Positions 1 through 14,532 of a stretch of 64,000 bases of DNA are shown in pieces. The translations under genes and the position numbers were made by a program. Origin of the DNA: Octopus bimaculoides (taxonomy: Eukaryota); assembly GCF_001194135.2 (NCBI RefSeq), contig NC_068988.1, positions 96,852,983 to 96,916,982 on the forward strand, in the 5' to 3' direction. Position 1 is the first letter of the stretch. Each line of letters begins with the position of its first letter. Below the pieces are notes generated by a model. The model was not told where the DNA came from. It saw nothing but the letters and a program-made list of their open reading frames with translations, and searched no databases.

Positions 1-27
1 ATATATATATATATATATATATATAGT

Positions 28-230
28 TGAAGTTTTTAGAAAAACAAAAGGACGAAGCGTATGAACAATAAGAAGGTATTTAGTTTGACGCTCGGGAAAG
101 TGAAAAGGTCCTTTACGTTTCGAGCCTACGCTCTTCAACAGGAAGGAACACGGGGAAATAAACTGAGAGAGAATAAAAAGAGACTGTGGATTTAGTCGTC
201 AAGCATGTAGGGATTGAACGCTAATTTATT
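28..230. mobile_element. Penelope-like terminal-repeat-type fragment
   Basis: TTACGTTTCGAGCCTACGCTCTTCAACAG motif resembling PLE termini; recognition only. Confidence 0.4.
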
Positions 231-869
231 CTGTTGCAAAGCCTACGCTAGCTAGAAGTCAGCACTATATACAACAATGTTACCTCATGGTTGCTACATC
301 AGTAATCTTGTTATGAGGATTAGTCTGTAATGCTGTGAAGAAAACATTGTTATTAGAATCAGTGAGAAAACGATTTCGTCAGTTAATTCCGATAAACAAA
401 GGGCGTTGATGAGCAAATTGCGAAATTATTATTCGGGCAGACAAACAACTGAGATATCAAAGTTTGGATCCTATTAATACTACTACTGTTATTATTACTG
501 CTGTTAAGTTTTATCTGCAAGCAAGGCATTTATCTCTCAGCGGCTGAATTTATACAGCTCTAAATAGATAAAAACAGTTCATTGCTGTAAGGCAGCGCCA
601 GTCGAGTAAAGCAGCTGACTGTCAAGTGGAGATAACTGGCGTCCTCTGATCTAACTCATCTTCCCTGTCTCTGCTGTTTCCGTCAACGAAGGGAAGCGCT
701 ATGCACTTACTTGATCTGCTAGAAAGAGTAACTAAGTGTCCTTCAGATCAAATCCTACTAAATCTGCAAAAGAGACTTAGTTGTTACGGCTGGAATGCCT
801 TGTATCAAAGATTTATCCGATCTGGAACTAAACGACAACTAGAATTGCCATCTTAAAACACGTTATACA

Positions 870-1300
870 ATAGAAATACGCAACATTCCCAGACTTCCAC
901 ATTTTGGTAGAGAGATATTGTAAAAGGAGAGCACTTTTGATAGAGAGCATTTTGGTAGAGAGATCTTGGGGAATTCCGCAAGAATGTGAGGGGGGAGCTG
1001 AGGTGTTTGAAATGAGAGTTTGGCAGGTGGGGTTCGCAGTTTGTACACTATGGAAACCAGAGCAAGAATAAACATGAAAATATCCATCAAAAGCTACCCA
1101 GAGGCTGCATAGAAACTATCAGGATGGCCCTAGCTGGAAAATAGGTGACCAGTTGGGTTAATAGAATGTCGTCACTTAGACAAGACCTTGCTTTTACCGA
1201 ACTTAATCGGATTGTTTGGATAAGGGTGTATATTGTAAGATCCTAAATATCTAATGGCCCACACGATACAACACTGCCACTGCACCCAAGAACAGACCGT
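870..1300 (-). mobile_element. Decayed LINE endonuclease remnant
   Basis: Minus-strand TQLVTYFP...QPLGS resembles the APE-domain segment LTQxVxFPTR...PLGxSDH; heavily degraded. Confidence 0.35.
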
Positions 1301-1450
1301 TCTTGCACATCCACAAATGTCCTTTGAACTCCTTCAAGGAAATTGCTTCTATTCACTATATCACATTGTTTTGTTATATTCTTTGTTAATTTTTTTCCTT
1401 CTTTCCTTGTAATTCTTATTTTGTATTCTTTGTATTATTCTTTATAACAG

Positions 1451-1580
1451 ACTTTGGGCTCCCGGCGAACCTAACAATGGACTCGCTGAAGAAGATTGTG
1501 TTGAGCTTAACTTTGAAGGAAAACTTAACGATGAGAGTTGTCTGAGTGCGAAACCATTCATCTGTGAGAAAATGAAGGGT

Positions 1581-1615
<35 letters not shown>

Positions 1616-2753
1616 TGTTATTGTGTGTATGTGAAGGAGAAAGCTATATTAAAATACATGTGTGTGTTTCGTTTTAAGTTGTGTTGTAATAATAACAACT
1701 TCACATTTAACTGAAGGATTACTCCATACTTTTGCTTGAGTACAAATTTATCATTCTTTGACAAGAATAGTATTGATAGTGACTTCGAAGTATCGGCTCG
1801 CTCGGCCTTCGTCGGACAGACAGACATACACGTATGTGTGTGTTTATGTATGTATGTCATTGTTCAGTTTTATTTCAAGATTTCTTGTCAATAGAGAAAG
1901 AGCTGGTTTCTAACCTAGATCCAAGGATCCTTCATTCGAATTTCAACATCAACAACAGGATATTTTTGTTTGTTTGTATGTATGTGTGCAGATTTGTATG
2001 TTTTGTTTTATGTTTGTCTTCTCATGCATATAGCTACATATCTAGACATGCTCACATATATTTAAATACTTATGATGTGGGTGATATCTTCAGTGTTAAC
2101 TCCACAAAGTCTGCACCGGTTGCCACATTTTACGGCTTTACCTGCATCTTTGTCATACATACATACATGTATGTATGTATGTATGTATGTATGTANNNNN
2201 NNNNNTGTATGTATGTATGTATGTATGTATGTATAGCACCATTCTTCATGTCTAAATAAATAAATAAAAATTCCCGTTAACGATGAATGTTAAAACGAAC
2301 GGTCATCTCTGACATAAAACACCAACTGAAGATTATGTTTGATTTAATCGGTTTAACCGATTAATCCTTAAATTTTCTAGCCCTGTGTCTATGTTAGAAA
2401 CCTTATTTTAGTTATTTATTTATTTTTGTTTGTTATTTCTTTTTCCAGTTGTTATTTCATCCAACAACCGTACAACTCATTCCCACACTTCAAAATCATC
2501 GGCACACCACCATCAAGGCATCAGTTTAACAACCTCTCGTAAAACCTCGTATATTAATGGCGATTTTTCTACATCTGAAACAACTATTGACTCTATGGGC
2601 GGACAATTTTGCTCTTACGCAAATGGTAAAGTTGTGGAGATTAGTGAAGACGGATTCTGTCCTGAACAAACTCTCTTAAATATAAAATGGCCACGTACAG
2701 CTGCTGGTCAGGATGCCATAATGCCCTGTCCATCAGGAAGCAGTAAGTCTCTT

Positions 2754-2814
<61 letters not shown>

Positions 2815-3045
2815 TTTATGAAACTCTTTACACTNNNNNNNNNNNNNNNNNNNNNNNNNNNNNNNNNNNNNNNNNNNNNNNNNNNNNNNNNNNNNNNNNN
2901 NNNNNNNNNNNNNNNNNNNNNNNNNNNNNNNNNNNNNNNNNNNNNNNNNNNNNNNNNNNNNNNNNNNNNNNNNNNNNNNNNNNNNNNNNNNNNNNNNNNN
3001 NNNNNNNNNNNNNNNNNNNNNNNNNNNNNNNNNNNNNNNNNNNNN

Positions 3046-3108
<63 letters not shown>

Positions 3109-6100
3109 AACTACCATTATTATTTCTCCTCTCTCTTTCACTCTACCTTAGACATGGCCTTCAGGGAGTGCAACAGTTATCCCGTCTGCTGGGAAGAGAG
3201 TCACAATATTAACAATTGTATTTCTCGGCAAATAAGGGACTTCTTGAGCGAAGTAAGTAATTATTTTCTCATTTATTATACAGCAGTGTGGTGAACAAGT
3301 TCCTGGCGGAATCGATTTCATAATGTACCAAACAAGTACCACAGGTCAAAGCAATCGATTAAACAATCCCTCAAACATTTCTGGCCTTGCGCCTTAATAG
3401 GGAACACTATGTTGTTATCATTGTTGTTGTTGTGATATGAAATCTCACAGTTTATTTTGCTGTTTATGATGGAAAGTGTCAGCTGTCCACAGCCAGCAGA
3501 AATCATGAATATACTCATACAGGTAGAAAGAGTGTGAGGGAGGAAGAGCGAATGAGAGAGAAATTCAAACTAGTGAAACATTAAAACGTCTGATGTCAAA
3601 TAAGTCAGCGTCGAATCAGTGATGCCAAATAAGCGGCGCCAAAACGGCTGTGCCCCAACGTCTCATAACCTGTCTTCTTTGAAAGACACATGGTGATGGT
3701 GGTGGGAGGGAACAGCCTATTATATCGATCTCAGTACTTGATGAGTACTTTATTGACGAAAGTACTTTAAAGACGAAAGTTGATTTTGGCTGTTGAACCC
3801 AGAACCTATGTAAAGTAATCAAATGTCGATAAGCATTTTGACCGAAGCTTTTAATGATTCTGCCAAAAACTAATAATTTTAATGTCCCATTTCTTTTTTT
3901 CCAGGCCACCCCAGAGTTGTCTAATGGAACAAATAAAGACAAAGTTGTGGTTTCTAAAAAGCTGGCGGATGTTACATCTCAACGGAAAATGTCAGTTGAA
4001 GATTATGTCACTGCATCAAAATTCTTTAAAAGCTTCAGCAACTCCTTAGATTTCTCTTCCAAACCTAAGAAAGAAACTGTAGACTCCATAGTTACGGTGA
4101 GTAAGATACCCGTAGTTTGCGATGTTTGTTGAATCAGTAAAATCTAAGAAAATCTATCTCACTTCGTTGTTCTCTGTTCTTGAGAGAGGTTGCAGGGGCA
4201 GAGTTCTCAGGCACCTCCTTCTTCCATAGAATCCTATCGGAATCAACTGTCATTACATTTTCTGGCTGGGTTCCTAAGTGTGACCAACAGAAACTATGGC
4301 TATTATCCAGCCAATTCTTTCTTGGTCCACATTTTTGGTCTCCTGCCTGTTGGTTCTGCTTGAAGAATCCGTCTTGCGATACTTTCCTGCGACATTCTAA
4401 TTCCATGCCCTTCGTATCGGAACAGTGATCTCCCAAGAGTAGTAGAAGCTCATCTTGAAGAGATTCTATGATGCCCGAACCAAGCACGTTGTCCAGTTAT
4501 TCCAGAGACCCTTCAGAAGGACCCCATTTCGTACTTGACCATTCTTCCTACATCGGAGATTCTTCCTCGATAAATCTCAGTCATTACTATTTGGTTTCTC
4601 ATTGTTTAGTTTCGGATTATCACAGATTATTACAGATTATCTATGCCTGTAAAAATCTGAAAGCTATTCCAACCGTGACCGCTTGGTTTCTTTCGGTTCA
4701 TCTAGGACTACTCAATTTAATGTATTATATGCGTGCTCTTCAAAATGTGTAGTGTGATTTGAGAGATATTTCATTGCTATTTCTAGCAAAATGAACGATC
4801 ACATGGAGGCTTGCTTATGTTCCTCAGAAGGGAACAAGTAATTCTCCTGAACTCTATGAGTTCTTCTAGGCTGGAGAGATTGCTGCCGTTTAATGTTCAG
4901 CTTGGACATTTGTCCATCCAATGTTTTCAAAAAACTACTCTCTCGCTTATTTTATCTGTATGTCTCTCTTTCTCACACACTCTCTCTCTCCTCTCCCTCT
5001 CCCCCCTCTCTCTCTCTCTTGTGTACTTTCAGTGTAGATAGATGAGGAGAATTTTGGCGCATGTATGAGATTGTGTGTCTGCGTATGCAGGTTGATACGC
5101 ATATACGTAGGCATATTTCAACATGCATGCACACACACACACACACACATCGTACACATTCACACACATTACACATCAATAATACACTTCTACAAGCTAC
5201 CATTTTTCTTCTATTTTTTCCCAGGATGTTGTACAAATCGGCAATAATTTAATGTCCGAAGATCAGGCGAAAGCCTTTGACAACATGACCAAACACGAAG
5301 TGGTGGAATCGGCCTCAAATCTGATGAGTTCTGTGGATTCTGCGACTATGAAACTAGTAAATGCCATCGACGAACCGCGACTAATAGTTAAAAAGACAAA
5401 GAACATCGGTATACATGTGTTTTTATTTTTAAGTCTATCTCTAGAGATTTTCTACAAAATTTAGAGCCAGCATTGAAAGTTACGATACTTTTGATACGAA
5501 TAAGTCCATGTAAACAACGCACTGTTAACACAAAAAGTAGGACACAATATTGACTTGTAAACCTTTAATATACTTAACATAAGGCGGCGAGCTGGCAGAA
5601 TCGTTAGCGCGCCGGGCGAAATGCTTAGCGGTATTTCGTTTGCCGTTACGTTCTGAGTTCAAATTCCGCCAAGGTCGACTTTGCCTTTCATCCTTTCGGG
5701 GTCGATAAATTAAGTACCAATTACGCACTGGGGTCGATGAAATAAGTACCAGTTACTCACTGGGGTCGATGTAATTGACCTAATCCCTTTGTCTGTCCTT
5801 GTTTGTCCCCTCTATGTTTAGCCCCTTGTGGGCAATAAAGAAATAAGAAACGTTAGCACACCGGGTGAAATGCTCGTCTGTCTTTACGTTCTCAGTTTAA
5901 ATACCATCGAGGTTGATTTTGCCTTTCATCCTTCCGGGGTCGATAAATTAAGTATCAGTTGCGTATTGGGGTCGATCTAATCGACTGGCACCCTCTCGCA
6001 AAATTTCGGGCCTTGTGCCTTGTATTGAAAATGATATACCTAGCAGTACAATATGGTTTCAAAACGAAACGCGCTAGCCCTACCAGCAAATTATATGTAT

Positions 6101-7228
6101 TTTTGTATTGATTTTTGAATCTACTTTGATATATTATCGATAAAGTTGGCGGTGGAGATTCCAATATTCGTAGAAGGTTAGACAAATTGGCTTTGGTTGG
6201 CATCCTTTAGAAGTCAGTTAAATATTTACATGAAACCTCGTTTATCACTGATCTTATTCATCACTGGTCTCGAATAACACGGTACACTCACTTGTGAACC
6301 GTGTTACGTTCAGCACGGGTTGATGTGTGATAACACGGGTTGGCACTCAGTCGAGATTCTGTTTGTACCTCAAAACATGCCACAACAATCACCCAAAATG
6401 CTCAGCTACCCAGAATGCAGTGACGATCACTTGTATCGAAATGACCGCGCGACGAAGCTGTGAATTTTTTATACGGATTTACGGTCTCATCAACATGGAA
6501 CCAGTGAAAAGAAAAGAAAGAAATACGAAGGCACCTGATCCTAACAAATGATGCAAACGCCTGTATTTTCAAAAGAGGAAACGGTTGAGATGATCAAGAA
6601 AATACATGACAGTTGAAACGAGTTTGGGGTCAATGACTCTACCATTCGTTTTACTTACCAGGCATGCAGAGATCAGTCATTTGTCATTGATTGGTTTGTC
6701 ACTGTGTTATATTTTAACTAAACCGCCGTGGTAAATGAGGAGAGATGTACCAGTCATGTACTTGAGTCACTTTAACTGGCCATGTCCTCTCTCTTGAATT
6801 TTGGTTTTGTTTGTTGGTAGAAACCTTTAAAAAATTTAAATCATTTCGATCAAATTCAGTGGCAAGATGCTGCAAAGGAAAAATAAATAGTTACATCGAG
6901 GGGAGAATGATGGGATGAAAATGTATGTTGGAAGGGCAAACGTATAAAATGGAAGTTGACCACTAATATTTTGTAAGTCTGTCGTGACCCTTATAAAATA
7001 TCTAACATGTCCCTTATACCATCTTTCGTTCTTATTTCTTTTTTCAGAGGCTCAGCTGCAAGTATTAAATGTCGACAAATTAGAAGAACCGGAAATATCG
7101 TTTCAATCTGAAGGCAATTCTTTCGCTCTTCCTTCTGAAAATCTGCGATCCATTAGCAAAGGTAGGACCAATTCCATTTAGAAATGATACTTAGACAAAG
7201 GCATACATGCATGCATACGTACAAAACT

Positions 7229-7267
<39 letters not shown>

Positions 7268-7854
7268 CACATATACACACAGATACCCTCATACACACTA
7301 TGTGTAGACATGCATGATGGACTCTTGTCTCGTCGACGGATAAGGGTTTCGCATTTCAGAGTTGACCAAAAATGACCCTCACCCTCTGGCCGCCTGTGTA
7401 CAGAGTCAAGTTTGAAATCTTATCATAGCATCCCCTATCTGTCCCGTCGCCTTTTTTCCCTATCACCACCGGACTTATGAAGGAGCTGTGATGATGTTGG
7501 TGTTGGGGCTGGTGTCTTGAACAACCTGCACAGTGAATATTTTTAGAGCGAGGATGGTTTGTGCAGAGCCAGTCCCATTTTAACTTGTATTGGTCTGATG
7601 CAACGAGTGTCACGAGGTCAGTTGTTACCAGGAGGCAGAAGTTGTAAATGAGCAGCCAAAAGAGCTGAAGATCCTCACCTGCCCTGGGCCTGATGATAAT
7701 TAACCCCTAACTGGGATCCTAACAGGTGTTACTACTCCGGATCAGAGCAAGAACAAAAGTGGCTAAGTGGAGACTGCACACACCGAATCAGGGTCCAGAT
7801 ACTAGATGCAGTTTAAAGTCATACCCAGGTCAAACTGACATCTGTCTTATATAA

Positions 7855-7906
<52 letters not shown>

Positions 7907-8930
7907 TATATATATATACTTGGGTGCAGGACGTCACCAACGGTGCAAACAGCATGAAATACGTAAACAAACGAGTTAAATATATAAGCAACGAGAAAAA
8001 AATGGAAAACAGGACAAGTAAACACAGAGAAAGGACTCTTCCTCGGTTGTTGGTTGGTCTGTCTACTCCTCAGTATGTATTTGTGTGTCTGTGTTTGTAC
8101 CCCATCCCTACCATCGCTCGACAACTGATGTTGGTGTGTTTACGCCCCCGTAACATAGCGGTTCGGCAATAGGTACCAATAGAATAAATACTAGGCTTAC
8201 AAAGAATAACTCCTAGGGTTGATGATTTGTTCGACTAAAGGCGGTGCTCCAGCATGGAATGATACAAGTAAGAGAACTAAAAGAATCTGCACATAAAATG
8301 AGTTTGCTTTTTGTTTTTGTCGCAGATGGCTTGGCTAAAGTTGTGTTTGTGACTTACAACAGTTTACCGGATCTTATGCCAACGATAAAGACGGGTACAC
8401 CGGACGTTCAAAAGGATGTTAAAATCTACAGCAAGATCATTAGCGCATCTGTTGCTAATTATCATGGAGAGGTGCTCCGAGAACCTGTGGAGTTTTCTAT
8501 GGAACACACTAAGGTACGCACAACTTCTCTCTTCGTTTTTCTCTTTCCTCTTCTGTCTCCTCTCATTCACCTCTCCTACATCTTCTCCTTTGTTGCTTCC
8601 CTTTTCTCTCTTTCTTTTTCCTTCCTCCATTCTCTCTCTTGCACACACACACACACACACACACACGTATTATGTCTATATGTGTGATATATGAGCGCAC
8701 ACAGACACACACATGTACAGATGCACCCCTCTATACCTATGCATACAGACGTGGCCGCACGTACTTGTGCGTCTGCTATATATATACACACAGTGTTTGT
8801 GAAGTATCTATATACACAGCATACACACACACACACATCTGTATGTAAATACATATATGTATACGGACGTATATATATAAGTGTTTCTCTTCCCTTGTCT
8901 TGTGTATGTATGAGAGAGAGAGAGAGAGAG

Positions 8931-9013
<83 letters not shown>

Positions 9014-9440
9014 GCAGAAGCACCCTAGATGAACAAAGATGGACTGCTTCCATCATGTGTTTCTTTGTCCCTCACACGTCCGTCTCAATGTCCGTGGACG
9101 AATCAAATGTTCTCATGGTTTTCTTTCTGTTTTTTTTTCTCCTTAGCCTTTACTAACCCATGTGAAACCGCGTTGCTCTTTCTGGAACATGACAGCCAAG
9201 TAAGTGACTCATTGTATAGGTATGTGTGAGTGAGTGAGTGAGTGAGTGAGTGAGTGAGTGAGTGAGTGAGTGAGTGAGTGAGTGAGTGTGTGTGTGTGTG
9301 TGAGTGAGTGTGTTAATGTGAGTTATTTGCTTTTGCTCTTTAAGTCCCTGACTTTTTGTGAAATATTGCCTAGATATTTGATAACATGACCAACATAACG
9401 AAAGTTCTTGTAGGGTTTCCAACCAATTGTCTATAAATAC

Positions 9441-9486
<46 letters not shown>

Positions 9487-9660
9487 CGGATTGTTACCTA
9501 ACACTCCATTGTATTCCTTGCGCGAAACCAATTGTTAAGATCAACCATGTTGGATATTTAAAATTATATATTTCGGATAATATACCCACTTCACTGACAG
9601 ATATACGAGTACATCTTTTCCCTAACTTATGGTCCCTTAGAAGACTCACGCGCGCGTGTA

Positions 9661-9694
<34 letters not shown>

Positions 9695-9744
9695 GTAATT
9701 CTATTATTAATTGACGATTCCCTGCCCTTATTCTTGTATATTCT

Positions 9745-9788
<44 letters not shown>

Positions 9789-10903
9789 ATATGCACTGTA
9801 TATATATATTGTCTTATTCTTTTGTAGCACACGACCATATTGGTCTCAAAGGGGATGCAAAATGATAAACTCAAATATTTACCAAACAAAATGTCGCTGC
9901 AATCATTTGACAAATTTTGCCATTCTCATGGACGTCGAAGGTATCGAGGTAATGTTCCGTAAATATATACTTACAGGTGTGTGTGCGCGCGCATGTGCAT
10001 GTGGTCTGGCTGAATGGCTAAGCAGTTAATTTCACAACTACAAGGGGTTATCGGGTCCAACCCAGCAAACCTTGGGAGGGTCATTATGCCGGCAATAATA
10101 AACACACGCACTGGTCCAGTCGTTTATTGTTATTGTTAGTTAAAGGGTTAGTTATTCCACCAAGAAATTTATCAATCAGCCATTTTTTACTAGTTTTTCT
10201 AAATCGTTTGTTAAACACTTTGGGTCAAACAGTTAATCGATAGTTCAAATGGTCGATATTGTTCATGTTGTCATTTCTTTCTTCTTCTTGTTTTGTCAAA
10301 TGATTATTTCATTGCATTGCTGCACTCTCTCCAGTGACACGTCTCTCGCTTCTTCCATTTCTTATTATCTTAAAAAGAAATATCACTGAAGAGATTGCAG
10401 CAATGCAATAAAATAATTATTTGACAAAAAAAGAAAAATAGAAATAACAACACAAACAATACTGAACACTAACAAAAATAATAATAAAGGGCCGAACCAG
10501 TGCGTGTGTTCATTATTACTGGCACAATGTCCCTCCCGAGGTTTAATAGTATTTCCTTCAACACAAACCAAATACAAACACGAACTTTGATAAACGTGAA
10601 TGAAATAAACTAGAAAACTGTCATCAGGTCAGAAATCAATTCTGATTTCCTTATTTTCATTGGTTCTTTCTGTTTCTTTCTCGTCCAATCAGATTTCTTA
10701 CACCCATCAGAACGCTCTCCGTATCATAACTTACGTTGGTTGTTCAATATCGATGATTGGTCTTTTCCTCAGTTGGATCACGTTCAACGTAGTCACGTGA
10801 GTAGAATTTAGTGCTTTCCTTCTTCCTTTTCTTCCCTTCCTTCTTTCCTTCCTTCCTTCCTTCTTTTTTCCTCTCGTTCTTTCGTTCTTTGCTTGTGTGC
10901 GTA

Positions 10904-10949
<46 letters not shown>

Positions 10950-12350
10950 TGTGGATATGCATGTACAGTATGTACAAGTGACTGCATATGTATGTGTGTC
11001 TGAGTGAATGTTAGTGTGTGAGAGTGCACGTTTGTGTGTGTAAGTGTGTTTGCGTGTGTATGTGTACATACATACATACATACATACATGCACGCACACA
11101 TACATACATACATACATATATACTCTTACACACACAGACACAGATAAATAGTAAATGATTGATGGTTTCTTTTTTTTTTCCAGTGCTATACGAGGGGAAC
11201 GTAACTCCATACACAAAAATTTTGTCTTTTGTCTCTTTGTTGCTCAACTTCTTTTCATGATTGGTGTTGACAGAACCAAGAATAAGGTAGAATGGGAATT
11301 TTGGTTGCTTTTCTTCCTCTATTTTTATATTTTTTATTTATTCTTTTGTTGTTATTTTAAAATAAGACATTGATATCGTTTGCGAATTGTAGATCCCTAT
11401 CTACTGGTCCATAGATTAATTACGATTGATTACTGCAATTAATAGACACAACTGCCTCTAATTTTTCCTTTTGCTCCAGTCCACTTAGTTGGCAGAAATG
11501 AGTTGTTGCTGTTATTCAAACGGGGCAGCTTTGTCACATTCTATGTCATGCTGTATCTCCCTGAGAACTACATTAAGGGCACGCGTGTCTCTGGAATACT
11601 CAGCCATTTGCGAGTTAATTTCACAAGCAGGATGTTCTGCTGATCTGATCGACCGGAGTACACATCGTCGCGACCGACGGAGTACCAGTTTCTCGAGACA
11701 TCACAAAATATACCCTGTGTTCTAGCTGCCTCCACGTTACATATTTACGTGTGTAAAAACGAACCAAGAAATCTTAACAAATGTATTCCGAAACGGAAAA
11801 AGTGAGATTTACTTGAGTTAGCTGTATCTTTCAGAAAGTACACCTATCTTGTCGGTTTAAGAAAAGTTATTCAGTTAATAATTTATTAGTTGGATCCACT
11901 AAACTGGTAAATCCAATTTGCATATATAATGCTATGTTGGTAACTTAGTCAATTAATGAAATTTGAAAGAACTTCACTGAGGTTTGGCATAATCGATACG
12001 GAATAGTGGAAAAAATTATGTCATGCTTTGACCTACAATGTCTTTTAATCATAGATCTTCTCTTCAAAGTTAACATGAATCTGAACACCTGTCTTTATAC
12101 CTGCTAAAGACTCCTGATTGTCTTCACTCTCTCCCTCTCACTCTTACTCTCTCTCTCTCTCTCTCTTTATTCCATTCTATACACAGATGGTGTGTTCAGT
12201 GTTTGCTGGGCTGATGCATTACTTCTTCTTGGCTGCATTCTCTTGGATGTTGATGGAAGCTGCCAAAATCCTCATCATGATTGTCCAGGTGTTCAAAACC
12301 GCTAAATCGAAGATGATTTATTACTATATATTTGGATATGGTGAGTAATG

Positions 12351-12386
<36 letters not shown>

Positions 12387-14491
12387 TATACACTAACACA
12401 TACACATACACAGTTACTCATACATACATAGTCTACATACACACATACATGTACACTTCACATCAACTTCCCACACGTAAGCACAATGTCACACATCTTT
12501 CTATCCCTCCTTTCTTCTTTCCTTTCTTTCTCCTTGCCCGCTCTCTCTCTATATATATATGTGTGTGTGTGTGTGTTCTGGTGGCATTTCTTAAACTGTC
12601 ACATATATGTGTGTGTGTACATATATGAAGATATATATATACATACACGCTCATTAATTACACACATACACGGAAAAATATGCACACATACATATGCATA
12701 TGTATGTGTAAAACAAAGACAAGAAAAGAAAAACTACACATACACACACATGTATGCATACACACACACACATACACACACATGACTGTGAACGGTAAAC
12801 TATAAAGGTAGATGTAACATTTTTGTTAATTCTATTTTAGGATTCCCCACCCTGGTTGTCAGTATTTCAGCCATCGTCAACTTGGATGGCTACGGAACAG
12901 ACAGACAGTAAGTTCGAAGTATCGTTTCTTATTTTATTTACAGAGTTCTTTTGATAAGATCCTCTTATGCTTACTGCTCTTCAGGGATATAAACTTTGAA
13001 TTTTGTATAATTTATCGAATGGTAGTTTTTTTAAAAATATGAAGTAATATGATAAAAAGGTGTTTGTTTGAAATATAGATTAAAATTTATTGCTTTTGAT
13101 TTTGGTAAGTAGACTTTAGAACGAGACTCTTGAAATTCAAATATGCCTCTTTGGTAATTCTTCTGTAGTTAGTAATCCATAATAATTATGTATAAAATCC
13201 ATTACATTGTCCTGTATTCCAAATAGAGTTCATAGACTTAAATAATATATTATATGTATATATATAAAGTATGTATGTATGTATGTATGTATGTATGCAT
13301 ATGGGATATTCGTCTATTCAAGCGAAATACAAGAATTAATACATTTGTTTCTTCTTTCGCAGTTGTTGGCTTTCCACAGAAAACTATTTTGTTTGGGCTT
13401 TCAACGGACCCGTGGCCTTTGTCTTGCTGGTGAGTTTTCTAACCTCCTATTTTTAGCCAGGGAGGAAAAGTCGGCACCCGTGACCCTTTTTTTTTAACCT
13501 AACACTTATCATTTTATCGGTAAACTCCATCTTTGAACCCCAACCCACTTAAACAAGCAAACAGTGCGGCCTCGGCTAAGAATCATAACCCCACCGTCTT
13601 AACAAAAGGGGAAAGATTGCAACGGTCAGTGCAATCCTAGCTATATAAAAAGATGGAATGGTCATGACGAGAGCGCTTCTGATCACAGGTCTGCTGAATC
13701 AAAGCTACCTTTGCATTAAACAACATCGAATGAAACTCTTTTCGCCATATTACCTATGCTACATCATTTTAAATTAATGGACTATGTATCAGTCTTTTGT
13801 TTTACTCTGATGACATGCTGGTTCAGAATGTAAACCGTTCTCAGAAACGATGGTCAGAGTTTCAAGAGACCTTAGTGACTTGTCCAAGATAATAACAACG
13901 TTCTGAATTAAGCAACTACGATTCACGTAAGGAACTTGTCTGCACACTTTTGAAGGAAGTTTATGAAAGTGAACAGAACAGATAATTGGTAAGACTGTTA
14001 CTGTTAGACAGAATGCCATGCTGTATGCGCGCGTGCAGAGGGTGCATGTGTGTTGTGTAAATATTATCAGACTCTCAGATGTAATCTACTGTTTTGTCTC
14101 TCAATTGTTTACTCTTCTACATTTAGGTGAATGCCATAATCCTGACCTATGCACTGATCACTATTTACCAACATTCTGGCTACGTCATTCCTGACGACAT
14201 GGTAGGAACAATCGGGTATGTATAAATATATATATATATAAATAAATATACATATAGTTCATGTTCTATATCTACCGTAAATCCGTTTTATATTCTGTCT
14301 CTTGAAGACGGAATGAGACTACTGGGCACAGCTGTTTGGACGCTGACGTCTTGACACGGTGTGGCTAGACATTCAACCTGTTTGGCGATGATACTTTTTG
14401 GCGCTGGAGCCTAACATACACACTATTTTCCTCTCTCTCTCTCTCTCTCCCTCACAACACACGCGCGCGCGCGCATCCTGCGCACAGAAAT

Positions 14492-14532
<41 letters not shown>

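Noticed and set aside
3600-3680. Motif TAAGTCAGCGTCGAATCAG...CGGCGCCAAAA shared with ~14620-14670 in aGPCR introns
   Set aside because: Both lie beside SINE pieces and look like fragments of an interspersed repeat rather than a gene-specific enhancer.
5583-5680. tRNA-like A/B boxes
   Set aside because: These are heads of multi-copy SINEs with no complete cloverleaf. No tRNA-Sec was recognised near TRNAU1AP.
8364-13497. Many 60-160 aa ORFs rich in HT, CV, YI, RE or LS dipeptides, here and throughout the window
   Set aside because: They are translations of CA/TG/TA/GA microsatellites or run through N-gaps; not genes.
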